Positions 25,986 to 37,785 of a stretch of 64,000 nucleotides of DNA are shown one piece after another. The stretch lies in assembly GCF_963921235.1 (NCBI RefSeq), contig NC_086108.1:64296001-64360000 (forward strand), written 5' to 3'. Source of the DNA: Mobula hypostoma. Its lineage: Eukaryota. Both the position numbers and the translations under genes were made by a program. The first letter of the stretch is position 1. The number at the start of each line of letters is the position of its first letter. The notes under the pieces are model-generated. The model made no database searches, was not told where the DNA came from, and saw only the letters and a program-made list of their open reading frames with translations.

Positions 25986-28917
25986 AAGCAACACTAATAA
26001 TATTAGCTTTGTGAAGGGGCAAATAACTTCTTGTCCCATACAACATATGTTAGAATTGTCTGGTGTAGGAGCTCTCTGCTATTTTCCTGCGGTGCCCTGC
26101 AGAAGAAGAAATGGTGGGAGAAACTATCAGATGCCCTATGGAATTTCAGAGTATATTAGTTGTAATAATACAGGTAAATAATTAGAACTGTGATGAATGT
26201 ACATTAAAATCCACACAACTGAACAGAAATCATGGATTAGGATAGATAAATCAGATTTTTCCTTTCATTCTATCCCCATCCCCAGAATGATGTATATTCT
26301 ACACATAACCTCCCTCAAATGCAAATGAAATTATGTTTTTTACAACATAAGTACTGTATATTTTATATAATATATATTTTTTTATTAATCTGATAGTGCA
26401 TATATTAGAATAAATTTACACTTTCATTGAAATGTATCTTCCTTTAGATGATCATACCTTGCCATCTTTGTTACCTCTAAGTATCAGGTCCTATAATAAA
26501 TAGTTCAGTACTTGTAGAGTTAATACAAATGCAGACCTCAGCTCTTTTGTGATCAGACAGAGACGGAAGAATGTATTAAATACCTTCATCCTGTTGCAAT
26601 CAACCATTTTGAAAACAACTTATCTGCTTGATGAAAACTGCTTTTCCAATTTCACTGATCCGACTTCTAAATGATTGTTGCCCTGCTGACAAGCCAATGT
26701 ATATTATTGGGAGAAGGCAGTATCCACTTACCCAGTATATCCCATTATTTGATTTCCTTTGAATTCCTTTCATAATTAAATTGCTGTGGGGCAATCTAAT
26801 GGTTGAACATTTGACTCCTGACCAGGAAGTGGATAGCTTGGTCCTAAGGCTACATTTTTCCCTTTTCATTTTGTTCATCTTTGATAAATAAAATTAAAAT
26901 ATATTGTCTCCTTCTGTTTGTATTGTGCTTATTTTTGGCCATTTAGGAAGATGAATATACATATAACTTGTGCTTTCCTTTCTGGTAGCTGGGGAAGAAA
27001 GATATTCCATGAAAACTCTGTCCTGAACTGTAGCAGTTACAGGATTATAATATTCAGATCGCAATTGCATAGTGCGATATTTGATCTGCAATAAAAGAAA
27101 AATTATTTAGTAGCCAATATATTGGCAGTATCATCTTACCGTAGATGTATCCTGAAACATTAGCTTCAAATCTCTGCCGCCCCTTAGAAAAGAAACAGGA
27201 GAAAAAATGGATCTTCACTACTGTGAGAATGAGGAGGCTTTTCAACATTTCCTGGCAGCCCATTCCTTCTTGAAACCGTGGTAATAATCATTCCAGCATT
27301 GCTTTTATATAATGCTTTATTTTATTTGATTTTTTTCAGCTATTATTTTATCTACATTAACTTCATAGTATACAATACCCATAATATTTTGTGAAGAAAA
27401 ATGTGTATTATAAAATTGTGTAATTTGTAAGAATCTTGAAAAACTCTAAAGGGGGAGAGCAGAATGGTATATGGAGTTCCAAGAAGCAAGCTTTTGTACC
27501 TTTGAGAATTATGTAAGCTCTGTGCCTTCCAATACATTGTTGTAGCAGGCACTGCTGTTAATTGAATGCTTTGAGCTGTCATTTCAGGATGGTTGGTTAG
27601 AAACCCTCCTGTTCAGTTGCCTTACTCTGTAACAAAATGGAGAAGAACCTGCATACATTACATTGGCAGGGAACTGGGGATAAAACAAATGAAGTGGGAA
27701 AGAAGAGAGGCTTTTTTAGAGAGAAGGTGCTCCTGAGAGCAAATTTATATCATCAAGTCTTCGACCTGAGAACAGAGCAGTGCAGCCAATTGTGTAAAGA
27801 GGAATGCAGCACCTCTGCTCCTGGTAGCACAAGTAAACTTATTAGCACCTTGAACCATAAAATGAATTCGCTTAGCAAATGCTGGTAAGAATTTTGATGG
27901 TACATTTAATCCAGTGTCTTTAGATATTTTCATAATTTTCATGAATTACATATTTAATATGAGCAACCAGGCAACAGAAGAACCTGTGGGTGAGCAGACC
28001 ATTACAGCTTTTCAATGTTGCACATCAATGACGTGGAATAATTTGGTATATCGAATGTCAAATAAGGGAACTCAAGCAAAGTTGTTATGCTGAGACTGAC
28101 TTTCAAGAGACCATTGGTACTGAAGTGTTTTTCAGTCACATGGTGGTGATGCGTTTTCAAGGATCAAACTCACAGAGTGGGTAATAGCAGCATATCCCTT
28201 TTCTCTGAGGCCAGGTCAAGTAGTTTCCTCAGCAGGAAAGCAGGAAAGCAGTCGATCACCTGGATGCCAAAGTGAAGTTTGTGAGTCTAACGGGGAGAAA
28301 AGGCAGGGGACTTTCATCTGGCTGATATTGCAATCATTTAGCCTCAGGGCAGTCTGCCCAGTGGAGCACATTATGTGACATGTAGGTCCTTTCATAATGG
28401 CAACTAACTGTCATGGTAGCACTCTTAACCTGCCTTGGCCACAAGCTGGTCAAGAAATAGAATGATCCTGATGAAATACCATCTTTGAGCTGAATCAGAG
28501 AGCAAAGAGGGGCCGTCAGGGTTGTTAGATAGAATTTACTGTATGCATGTAAAAGTAGTCATCAATAAACATTAGCAGCCTCCAGATAGTTCAAAGCATT
28601 ATGATTATTAACACTGCGTTAAGGACCATAGAAAACATCTGTTCTGAGATTATCTTAAGCGCTTTGCATTATGGCAGAGTTAACTGGTGTCAACTTGCCA
28701 ATATACGTAAATAGATGTGTTCTAAGCTGGTAATAACAAACAGTAATGAAATCATGAGCTTTGATTGGATCAAGGTCCTGAATAGATGATCCCATACAGT
28801 GTTCATAATGATGGAGAAGAAAAATTCAGTTCCATTACATTGGGGTCAAATTTATGCTTAAGGAGATTATCAAAGCATTGACAGGCAACTTTTATTATTG
28901 CAGTACAATGATAATTG

Positions 28918-30257
28918 AAACATAGAAACATAGAAACATAGAAAATAGGTGCAGGAGTAGGCCATTCGGCCCTTCGAGCCTGCACCGCCATTTATTATGA
29001 TCATGGCTGATCATCCAACTCAGAACCCAGCCTTCCCTCCATACCCCCTGACCCCTGTAGCCACAAGGGCCATATCTAACTTCCTTTTAAACATAGCTAA
29101 TGAACTGGCCTCAACAGTTTGCTGTGGCAGAGAATTCCACAGATTCACCACTCTCTGTGTGAAGAAGTTTTTCCTAACCTCGGTCCTAAAAGGCTTCCCC
29201 TCTATCCTCAAACTGTGACCCCTCATTCTAGACCTCCCCAACATCGGGAACAATCTTCCCGCATCTAGCCTGTCCAATCCCTTTAGGATCTTATACGTTT
29301 CAATCAGATCCCCCCTCAATCTTCTAAATTCCAACGAGTACAAGCCCAGTTCATCCAGTCTTTCTTCATATGAAAGACCTGCCATCCCAGGAATCAATCT
29401 GGTGAACCTTCTTTGTACTCCCTCTATGGCAAAGATGTCTTTCCTCAGATTAGGGGACCAAAACTGCACACAATACTCCAGGTGTGGTCTCACCAAGGCC
29501 TTGTACAACTGCAGTAGTACCTCCCTGCTCCTGTACTCGAATCCTCTCGCTATAAATGCCAGCATACCGTTCGCCTTTTTCACCGCCTGCTGTACCTGCA
29601 TGCCCACTTTCAATGACTGGTGTATAATGACACCCAGGTCTCGTTGCACCTCCCCTTTTCCTAATCGGCCACCATTCAGATAATAATCTGTTTTCCTATT
29701 TTTGCCACCAAAGTGGATAACTTCACATTTATCCACATTAAATTGCATCTGCCATGAGTTTGCCCACTCACCCAACCTATCCAAGTCACCCTGCATCCTC
29801 TTAGCATCCTCCTCACTGCTAACACTGCCACCCAGCTTCGTGTCATCCGCAAACTTGGAGATGCTGCATTTAATTCCCTCATCCAAGTCATTAATATATA
29901 TTGTAAACAACTGGGGTCCCAGCACTGAGCCTTGCGGTACCCCACTAGTCACCGCCTGCCATTCTGAAAAGGTCCCGTTTATTCCCACTCTTTGCTTCCT
30001 GTCTGCTAACCAATTCTCCACCCACACCAATACCTTACCCCCAATACCGTGTGCTTTAAGTTTGCACACTAATCTCCTGTGTGGGACCTTGTCAAAAGCC
30101 TTTTGAAAATCCAAATATACCACATCCACTGGTTCTCCCCTATCCACTCTACTAGTTACATCCTCAAAAAATTCTATGAGATTCGTCAGACATGATTTTC
30201 CTTTCACAAATCCATGCTGACTTTGTCCGATCATTTCACCGCTTTCCAAATGTGCTG
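28918..30257 (-). mobile_element. Young 5'-truncated CR1/HER1-like LINE with (CTATGTTT)n tail
   Basis: Unbroken RT ORF, retained CpGs, and a tandem 8-mer tail gaaacatagaaacatagaaacataga on the plus strand. Confidence 0.96.
29020..30249 (-). CDS. Reverse transcriptase (CR1 ORF2 C-terminal 409 aa), truncated and lacking the endonuclease
   Basis: QHGFVKGKSCLTNL, YLDFQKAFDKV, SGVPQGSVLGP, KFADDTK and LVRPHLEYCVQFWSP with no stops. No true start codon because the element is 5'-truncated. Confidence 0.7.
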   Translation of the reverse strand: MESGEMIGQSQHGFVKGKSCLTNLIEFFEDVTSRVDRGEPVDVVYLDFQKAFDKVPHRRLVCKLKAHGIGGKVLVWVENWLADRKQRVGINGTFSEWQAVTSGVPQGSVLGPQLFTIYINDLDEGIKCSISKFADDTKLGGSVSSEEDAKRMQGDLDRLGEWANSWQMQFNVDKCEVIHFGGKNRKTDYYLNGGRLGKGEVQRDLGVIIHQSLKVGMQVQQAVKKANGMLAFIARGFEYRSREVLLQLYKALVRPHLEYCVQFWSPNLRKDIFAIEGVQRRFTRLIPGMAGLSYEERLDELGLYSLEFRRLRGDLIETYKILKGLDRLDAGRLFPMLGRSRMRGHSLRIEGKPFRTEVRKNFFTQRVVNLWNSLPQQTVEASSLAMFKRKLDMALVATGVRGYGGKAGF

Positions 30258-30744
30258 GGATAGTCTATGCATTTTAGAAATAACAACTTCTAAATTAAAA
30301 TTTTCCTTTCTGTTTCAACCTTCCATATATTGTACCTTGTATACTTCTCTTCACAAAATATTATGGATATTGTATAATATGAAGTTAGTGTAGAAACATG
30401 AAGCACAATAAAATGATAGCTGATATGGTGTCTGAGGAACTGATATCATTTGGGTTATCATGTGAGTGAAATATACTGTACAAGACTTTCTGGAGAGAAG
30501 GGAACCATAGAAGTCCAGTCAATGCACACAAACATTATGTGTGCCAAGGCTGGTTTGAAGATCCTGCAGTATGGAGCTCGAGCTCTGTGAGACTACATTG
30601 AAAGTTGATATTTGTGAAAGTGGAGCTGCAGTGTGAGTTTTGAAAGCTAATGAATAATTATCTTTCTGAGACATTTCAAGTTTTTTTTAACTACAGTGAT
30701 TTACAGTGCTAATTGTTTGGATTTATAGCTAGAAATGCAGAGCA

Positions 30745-31330
30745 GATTGAAGAATATTGGATGTGGAGAGAATGTTTACAACAGTGGGGAGTCTAGGGCC
30801 AAAGGGCACAACTTCAGAATACAAGGACATCCCTTTAGAACAGAGATGAGGAGGAATTTCTTTAGCCAGTGGGTGATAAGTCTGTGGAATTCATTGCCAC
30901 AGATGGCTGTGGAGACCAAGTCACTGGGTACATTTAAAGTGGAGGTTGACAGGTTCTTGATTAGTAAGGGTGTCAATGGCTACAGGGAGATGGCAGGAGA
31001 ATGGGATAGAAGAAGAAGAAGAAGAAAGCCCTTAATTTCAAGTGGAGTCAGCAGGACGCCATCATGACGGTGTTTTTTTAGCAGGCTTTCTTATTTTTAT
31101 GAGGCCAAGTTGCTAGCTTGACGCTCAACCCAGCATGGATGGAAAGCGTGCAAGGGAGCCAGCTGGATTTGAACTTGGGAGCCTTCGTTCCGAAGTCCGG
31201 CACTGATACCACTATGCCACCAGCCAACATAGAATGGGATAGAGAGGGATAATAAATCAGCCATGACAGAATGGCAGAGAAGATCCAATGGGTGGTATGG
31301 TCCACTCCAATGTTTTATGGTCTTATGGTC
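30745..31330 (+). mobile_element. CR1 3' end, same subfamily as 1-705, interrupted by a SINE
   Basis: GESRAKGHNFRIQGHPFRTEMRRNFFSQWVISLWNSLPQ; resumes after the TSD with gagagggataataaatcagccatg. Confidence 0.9.
31011..31230 (-). mobile_element. tRNA-headed SINE with (TTC)n tail and 13-bp TSD
   Basis: Minus strand has A box TGGCATAGTGG, B box GTTCAAATCC and tail ttcttcttcttc. agaatgggataga occurs at 30998-31010 and 31231-31243. Confidence 0.88.
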
Positions 31331-31479
31331 TTCAGAGTCGTTTCAACCATAGATAAGCATCTTGAGTCTGGAGTATGAAAGAGACTGTGACCATGATTTT
31401 TCTGAGTTCAGATGCAGACTCTGTGATTTAGTTGGATGATACAATGCAATAGTTCACAGGGGTATCAGGATAGAGGCTG

Positions 31480-31822
31480 TATTATTTCCAACATCAGCAT
31501 GGATAATTTCAGTCACTTCAACATTACACTGATTCCACAACCAATGGATTCACTTTCAAGGATTCTGCAATATATCTTTGTATCCATCTATCTAATTTTT
31601 GATTGTTTGATTGATTATTAATTGTTTATTTTTATACTTTCAGTTTGTCTCCTTTTGCTCATTGGTTGTTAGTCTGTTTTTGTTTGCGTGCAGTTTTTCA
31701 TTGATTCTATTGTATTTCTTTGTTCTACTGTAAATGCCTAAAAAAAACTGAAACTCAGGGTAGTATATAGTGACATATAAGTACTTGTATAATAAATTTA
31801 CTTTGAATTTTTGAACTTTGAA
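31480..31822 (+). mobile_element. Rex1/Babar-type 3' UTR remnant with (TTTGAAC)-like tail
   Basis: aactcagggtagtatatagtgacatataagtac...aataaatttactttgaatttttgaactttga; reverse-complement similar to 57592-57990. Confidence 0.65.
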
Positions 31823-32082
31823 AATCACTACAACACTGAAATGTGAAGAGCTGGATAGGGGGTGCTGTGGAAAAGCTGTTTCAGCCATATTGAATAGTTC
31901 TATTGTGGTGGAAGATCATTACCCCTTTTGGAAAAAGGTGTGGTGTCTACAAGGATTCTGCTGTTCACAGAGCTGTTCACTGGCCTGAGCCAGAGTCACA
32001 TCTAGAGAAAGGTTTGTGTTATTATGAGCAGGGAATATAAATTATCTAACTTTCCCATGCATGTTTCCTTGTGTTTGTATTT

Positions 32083-32449
32083 TCGTCCCTCTTCCCTCCG
32101 GGAGAAGGCTCAGGAACTTGAAGACTCGTACGGCCAGATTTGGGAACAGCTTCTTTCCAACTGTGATAAGACTGCTGAACGGATCCTGACCCAGATCTGG
32201 GCCGTACCCGCCAAATATCCGGACCTGCCTCTTGGTTTTTTTGCACTACCTTACTTTCCATTTTTCTATTTTCTACTTATGATTTATAATTTAAATTTTT
32301 AATATTTACTAAATGTTACTATTTTTAATAATTTTAGTATTTAATATTTGTAATCCAGGGAGCTGAAAGCATAGAATCAAATATCACTGTGATGATTGTA
32401 CGTTCTAGTACCAATTGTTTGGCGACAATAAAGTATAAAGTATAATAAA
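32083..32449 (+). mobile_element. Short 3' fragment of the same Rex1 family as 24139-25985
   Basis: Near-identical to 25655-25985. Possible TSD gtattt at 32077-32082 and 32450-32455. Confidence 0.92.
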
Positions 32450-32744
32450 GTATTTACTGATGTCAGCTCAGTACACTAAAGACAAGGTATAGCAAGAGAG
32501 GCTTAGGAACTGTAACGCTGAACTGCAAGTACTGGAAACTATCCCGTGAGGCATGGCCAGAGATAATAACTTCCTAATTTAAAAGGGTCAGCCGAAAAAT
32601 GTAAAGATCGGTAATGTCCATTGTGAGAGTTGCAATGAGGTACAAGGTATGTGTAAAATTGAAACAGTAGGGAAATTTTTAATTTAGAAATTGTTATTAC
32701 TTTGGTTTACGATACTTGGAAATTTTTTTTGAATATCATGTACA

Positions 32745-32985
32745 ATTCAGAATAAGAATCAGAAAAGTTGTCACTAACAGAAGTCATAAAATTTATTGTT
32801 TTGTGGCAGCAGTACAGGGCAACGATAACAGATTACTATCAGCTATAATAAAAATAAATAAAGAGTGTGAGAGAGGAATAGCAAAGTAGTATTCGTGGGT
32901 TCATGGACTATACAGAAGTCTGTTGGTGGAGGGGAAAAACGTTGAGTGTGGTTCTTCAGACTCCTGTATCTCCTCACTGATTGTA
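32745..32985 (-). mobile_element. Rex1/Babar-type 3' UTR remnant
   Basis: cagaataagaatcag tail and tgttttgtggcagcagtaca...cttcagactcctgtatctcctc, similar to 37786-38050 and 57126-57400. Confidence 0.7.
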
Positions 32986-33820
32986 GAATTGTATCTCCCA
33001 TAGTAAATAGTGGGATTTTGATCCAAGTTAAGTTTCAAGCATCACAATTAATGTTAACTTATTGGTTTTTATAATTATATATCATTAAATAAACATTTTA
33101 AATGCAAAATATGAAATTTGATACATTGGATTTATTGGTACTGACAGAATAATTACTTATTTTATCAAGTAATTATTGTGATACAATACAAAATTGGATG
33201 ATTGAGTGCAAACTTATCTTGTATTTATATAGTTAAGTGATAAACTAATTCAATATATGTGAATACAGTTGAAAGTTTGTAATATTTTTCAAAAGGACAG
33301 CAGTGTAACCTATTGACCATTCTCCAGGGTCAGTTGCAATCTGACCCCTCAGCTTTATGCCTCCCAAGATGCAGCTTAAAAATTCAGACTCAGCTGGATA
33401 TAAATGATAAGTGAAGGTAAATGGTTTGTGTTTTTTTTTAATTTTCAGTAAAAATATATATTTTAATTATTGTACAACTACTAAATGTGTCGGAAATAAA
33501 CAGATTTTAATTTGTTTGCATAATTCTTGAATATTTTGTATCACTGAAACCTATGCCTACTTTTTTCAATCTCTGGTGAAAGGGCCTTTAATTATGTCAT
33601 CAGCAAAAGGCTTCAGGGCATCCTGGGGTAAGATTGTAGGACCTAGAACCTGAAGCTTAGCTAATGCTAACAGCCTGCTCTCATCCACAGGTCAGCCACA
33701 AATGTGAGACCTCAAGATCTATCAGACCCAAGTTCCTGCAAATTATTTGTGTAGTTGTAAGAATTGTATGAGAGTGGGTGGTAATGGACAATTATAATGT
33801 ATCAGGCCTGATGGGAGTCT

Positions 33821-33988
33821 GGAGACACCAGAGATTGCAGATGCTGGAATCCAGAGTAATGCATAAACTGGTGGAGGAACTCAGCTGGTCATGCAGCATT
33901 TATGGAGACAAAGATTAAGTCCTGTACAGATGAAGTCCCAACTGTTACTTTCTCTCCATAGCTGCTGCCTGACCCATTGAGTTCCTCC
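33821..33988 (-). mobile_element. Old PLE terminal fragment with degenerate inverted repeat
   Basis: ggaggaactcagctggtcatgcagcatttatggagacaaag (from 33873) pairs with ctttctctccatagctgctgcctgacccattgagttcctcc (to 33988). Confidence 0.72.
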
Positions 33989-36900
33989 TAATGTAAATCA
34001 GCATTAGCTGTTGAGAAGCTTCATGCCAATGGATCATGGTTAGAAGAAAAGTTGGGAAATGCCAGATTTGAGTCCAGGACTATCTTTCTGGGCAGACACA
34101 GGACACCTTAATAGGACCTAGTTCATTATACAATGGTGCTTTATCTCAGATTCTTCCTTCAATATTTTGCAGATGATTTGCATTTTACAACACAGAGCCA
34201 CAGTACAGAATGTTTTATACAATACTGTATATACACAATTTTTTGATCTGCTAAACAAAGATCAAATTTCCATGTAATCTAACATAAACTCATGCTTGTG
34301 CATGAACACAATTTCAAAATATAACATGAGTAAATGTTATGTCATAAAATTTCTTTTCCTCTTAAATGGTGATGAGATTTTTTTTGTGTTCGTGATATAT
34401 TGAACAGCTAAATATGGAACTGTTGTCAGATGATAGGTTAATTTTCACTAGCAATAAAGATTACAAGTCATGATCATGCTGTAGTAAAGGGTAGGTGATC
34501 TGTTTCTTCCTTTTCCTAATGAAAATAACTTTTTTTCCTTCAAGAGATGAAATCTAGCCTGAGGTTACGTACATACCTTAACATTCATACTGAAGAGAAT
34601 ATATAATTGTTTCCTACTGGACTCAGCTTCAGACAGCAATTTCCAGAAATATAATACAGCTTTCCAAGTCTTTCACATGCTGTTGTAACTTAATGTTTTT
34701 TTAGTTGCAGCCCTGTAAATACAATAAACCAGTATATTGTAGTTCTTACCAAACACACTGTGTAAGTGTTTGATTGTCCAAGCGTATGTCTCTTTACCCA
34801 CTCACAAAAAGAAATGCATTGTGAGTTAAACATGCTTTTACCAATTAATTTATTCCATCTGTTTTTCCATGTGAGTTGACATCATGCAATCCAAGCTTCC
34901 TGGATGAACTTTCTCCTTGTTATCAACAAAACTGGAAATCAAACTGTTTATTTATCATTTAAAATATGGAAGGGTAAGAAAGTTAATCACCAAGTTACAT
35001 ATGTATATTTATAGGTATTTCTTTGAATGTAATGAAGAGAATGATGAGAAGTTTTACACTTAAATATAATGCCGTCTATGAAACAAAACTGTATGAATTA
35101 AGTTTTAGATGTGCATATTTTAATTCTAGCAAGAGGCTAATTGTAATGGAAGATCTTTCCTAAAAGGCTCACTGAGCAACTTGGTAAATGTAAAAATTGT
35201 ATGCTACTTGTTGCAGTAATTGTACAGTCTGCATGAAAAATAATGTCGTTTAAGTTACAGTAATGCTGAATTTCACACCCAGTTACAATATGAAAGCCAG
35301 CATTGTTTCACATGATATTACTACCAAAAGATTTTTCATGTAATACACTGTTTTACCAGATAGTTCAAATGACAACCAGATCCTGCTCATGTTAGTATGC
35401 TTAGGTTTCAGAAAGATCCATTAAAAAATTCATACCCAAGGTTAAACATGGATAGAGGATAAAATAATATGATCCTTGGGGGCAAAAGGTGGATGTGCGA
35501 ATGAATCAGCTATCTTGCATGAGTGCATTTATCACCATATTCTACACTACCAGCTTTGATGTAGTGGGGTTGGATTTTTCCATATAGAGTTTTTAGTGGA
35601 GCCATACAAGTGATCATCAATTATCACACTGTACTGCATAATAATAGTGTTGTAAATGGATAAATATCAATATGAACTGCAAAAAGATCAGGAATGTCAA
35701 CCACAAATCCTGTTAGCTACATAATTTGTTAAATCAAACGTAATCTTTACATGAACCTAAATTTACATTAGGTTATGATAAAAACAAACTTTCATTTATT
35801 GAATTTGCACAATGAGATTTATTTTAATTTATTCTTGTCTTTCCTAGAATAATTCAGAATGTTATTATAGTTATTCATTGATGTCATTCTTATTGTGAAT
35901 ATTTGCCTGTTATCCAAAAACATATTCTATATAAAAAAGACACATAGTCAGCGTTTTCCTTGAGATTGTGCCACCTATGAAAAAGCAGTAATAATTTGAA
36001 ATATTTTCAACTGTATCAGGAATTATTGGTCTGAAAGTACAGTTTTATCATGGCCACAATGGAAAAGAGACTTGGTTTTCCCAAAGTCATTATTTTCATT
36101 TTAAATAAGTCTGCATAGATTAGTAAAGCATTAACAAGGCTGCGCGTAATGGCGCATCTTTGAAAAGAAGGAAATAGCTTAACACAAATTAATCATCAGA
36201 AAATAATTTTCTTCCAATAAAAGAGGAGGATGTAAAAAATCTCTATCTTAAATGCAGAGAATTCCAGCTGCAGGCACAAGGTTCAATCTCCCCTGAGGTT
36301 GTTAGGGTGAATCAGGAAATAGCGATTAGTTAGCTGGCTAGACTGCAAATTAAAAGCCTAGGATTTTATGATGAATTTTGAACTTTTTTTGGAAAGGGTA
36401 ATTTTAGGCAGAATTCAGCATCCAGAACTACCTCTGGCTTCTGTTGCACAAACTAAATAGCAGAAGCCCAATAAATGGCTGGCGATTATGAACTTACAAA
36501 GGCTCAGGACCTAACAAGTTTTTTTAAAACAGGATTCCATTTTCCTCCTACCTGATACTAACATAGTAAGAGCTAACTTATTTAGAAACAAGTTCATTTC
36601 ATCAGGAATATTCAAAAACAGTAAAAGCAACTGATATTCCAATTCTTAAACACTACTCAACTATTAATGGAGCTGATAACGAGCACACATCTAGAAATTT
36701 TGGAGTCTTGATTGTGAAATTGACAATATTTAGATGAAGCAACAAATTCAAAGTGCTTGTTTTGCTCACTGAATCCAAGGAATGCTGTGAAAAATAATGA
36801 GTATCTATATGAGGGGAACTTTCAGATTTCCAGTTCACCTAGAGCTCATCACTTAGATCAGTGAGAATTGTAAACAGAGCTGGCTTGCACAGAGTAGCAA

Positions 36901-37785
36901 AGCACTAATGTAAGCATGAACATAATGCCTTGGGTAAACAAAGGTATCTGAAGATATGTAGCCACTCAATGGAACTTCTATAAGCCCTGCAGTTCTTCAG
37001 GCATCAGAATGAGAGAGAGAAGCCGAGGTAATCATTGATAATTCCTGTAAAGATATTCCTTTACATGCTTCAAGGAATTCTTAGGCATTCCCAGACCAAA
37101 GTCCTGACTGTCCACAGAATGAGGAATTTTTCTGGAAACCATGGCCGCTTCTGTAAACTGTGCCAGAGGGCTTGACAATTTCTTATAGAACAGCTCACTT
37201 GGGTGCAAGACAGCATTGGGATTCCAGGTGTATTTCTGCTCCTATTTTCTGATCTCAAGGACACTTTTATTGCATTTCAAATAGGAGACATTTTAGGATA
37301 ATTAAAATGAGGCCTTGGAGTTTAAATAACATAGTCCCCTTGTTTAACACCTGTGGGAGTTTCACACTCACCTCTAATGTTGTTCAAGTTAAAACTAGAG
37401 CTAACAACTTGGAATTGTTGTGAGAATTTAGCATTGCTCTACCATAACCTTAGCGGGGAACAGGCAGAAACACAGAGGAGATGATGAGAATAGCTCTAAT
37501 TTTTTGAGGGCTTCATGCAGAAACATCACCTTTGAAATTCTATCCCAGACATTGGTCTTTGACGTGGCAATAAATTCAGTTTCACTTTGAATGTTTTTAC
37601 TGTTCTTTAGAAAACATAAGAGAGCTTGACAAGATAGATACAGTGAGGATGTTTCCTCTTATTGTGGAATATAGAATCGAAAGTGAGGAGGAATTTCTTC
37701 TTTCAAAGTGCCCTGAAGGTCTGCAGAGACCTGTAGAGAAGCCAACATTAGATCCACCACGACCTCATTGAAACATAGATTGGCT

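Noticed and set aside
27637..27890. 83-aa ORF ending at a donor-like gtaaga
   Set aside because: No recognisable protein and no strong acceptor.
29402..30106. Plus-strand ORFs of 93 and 134 aa
   Set aside because: Antisense frames of the CR1 RT.
31150..31230. tRNA gene
   Set aside because: The A and B boxes belong to a SINE head with a tail and TSD; no complete cloverleaf is evident.
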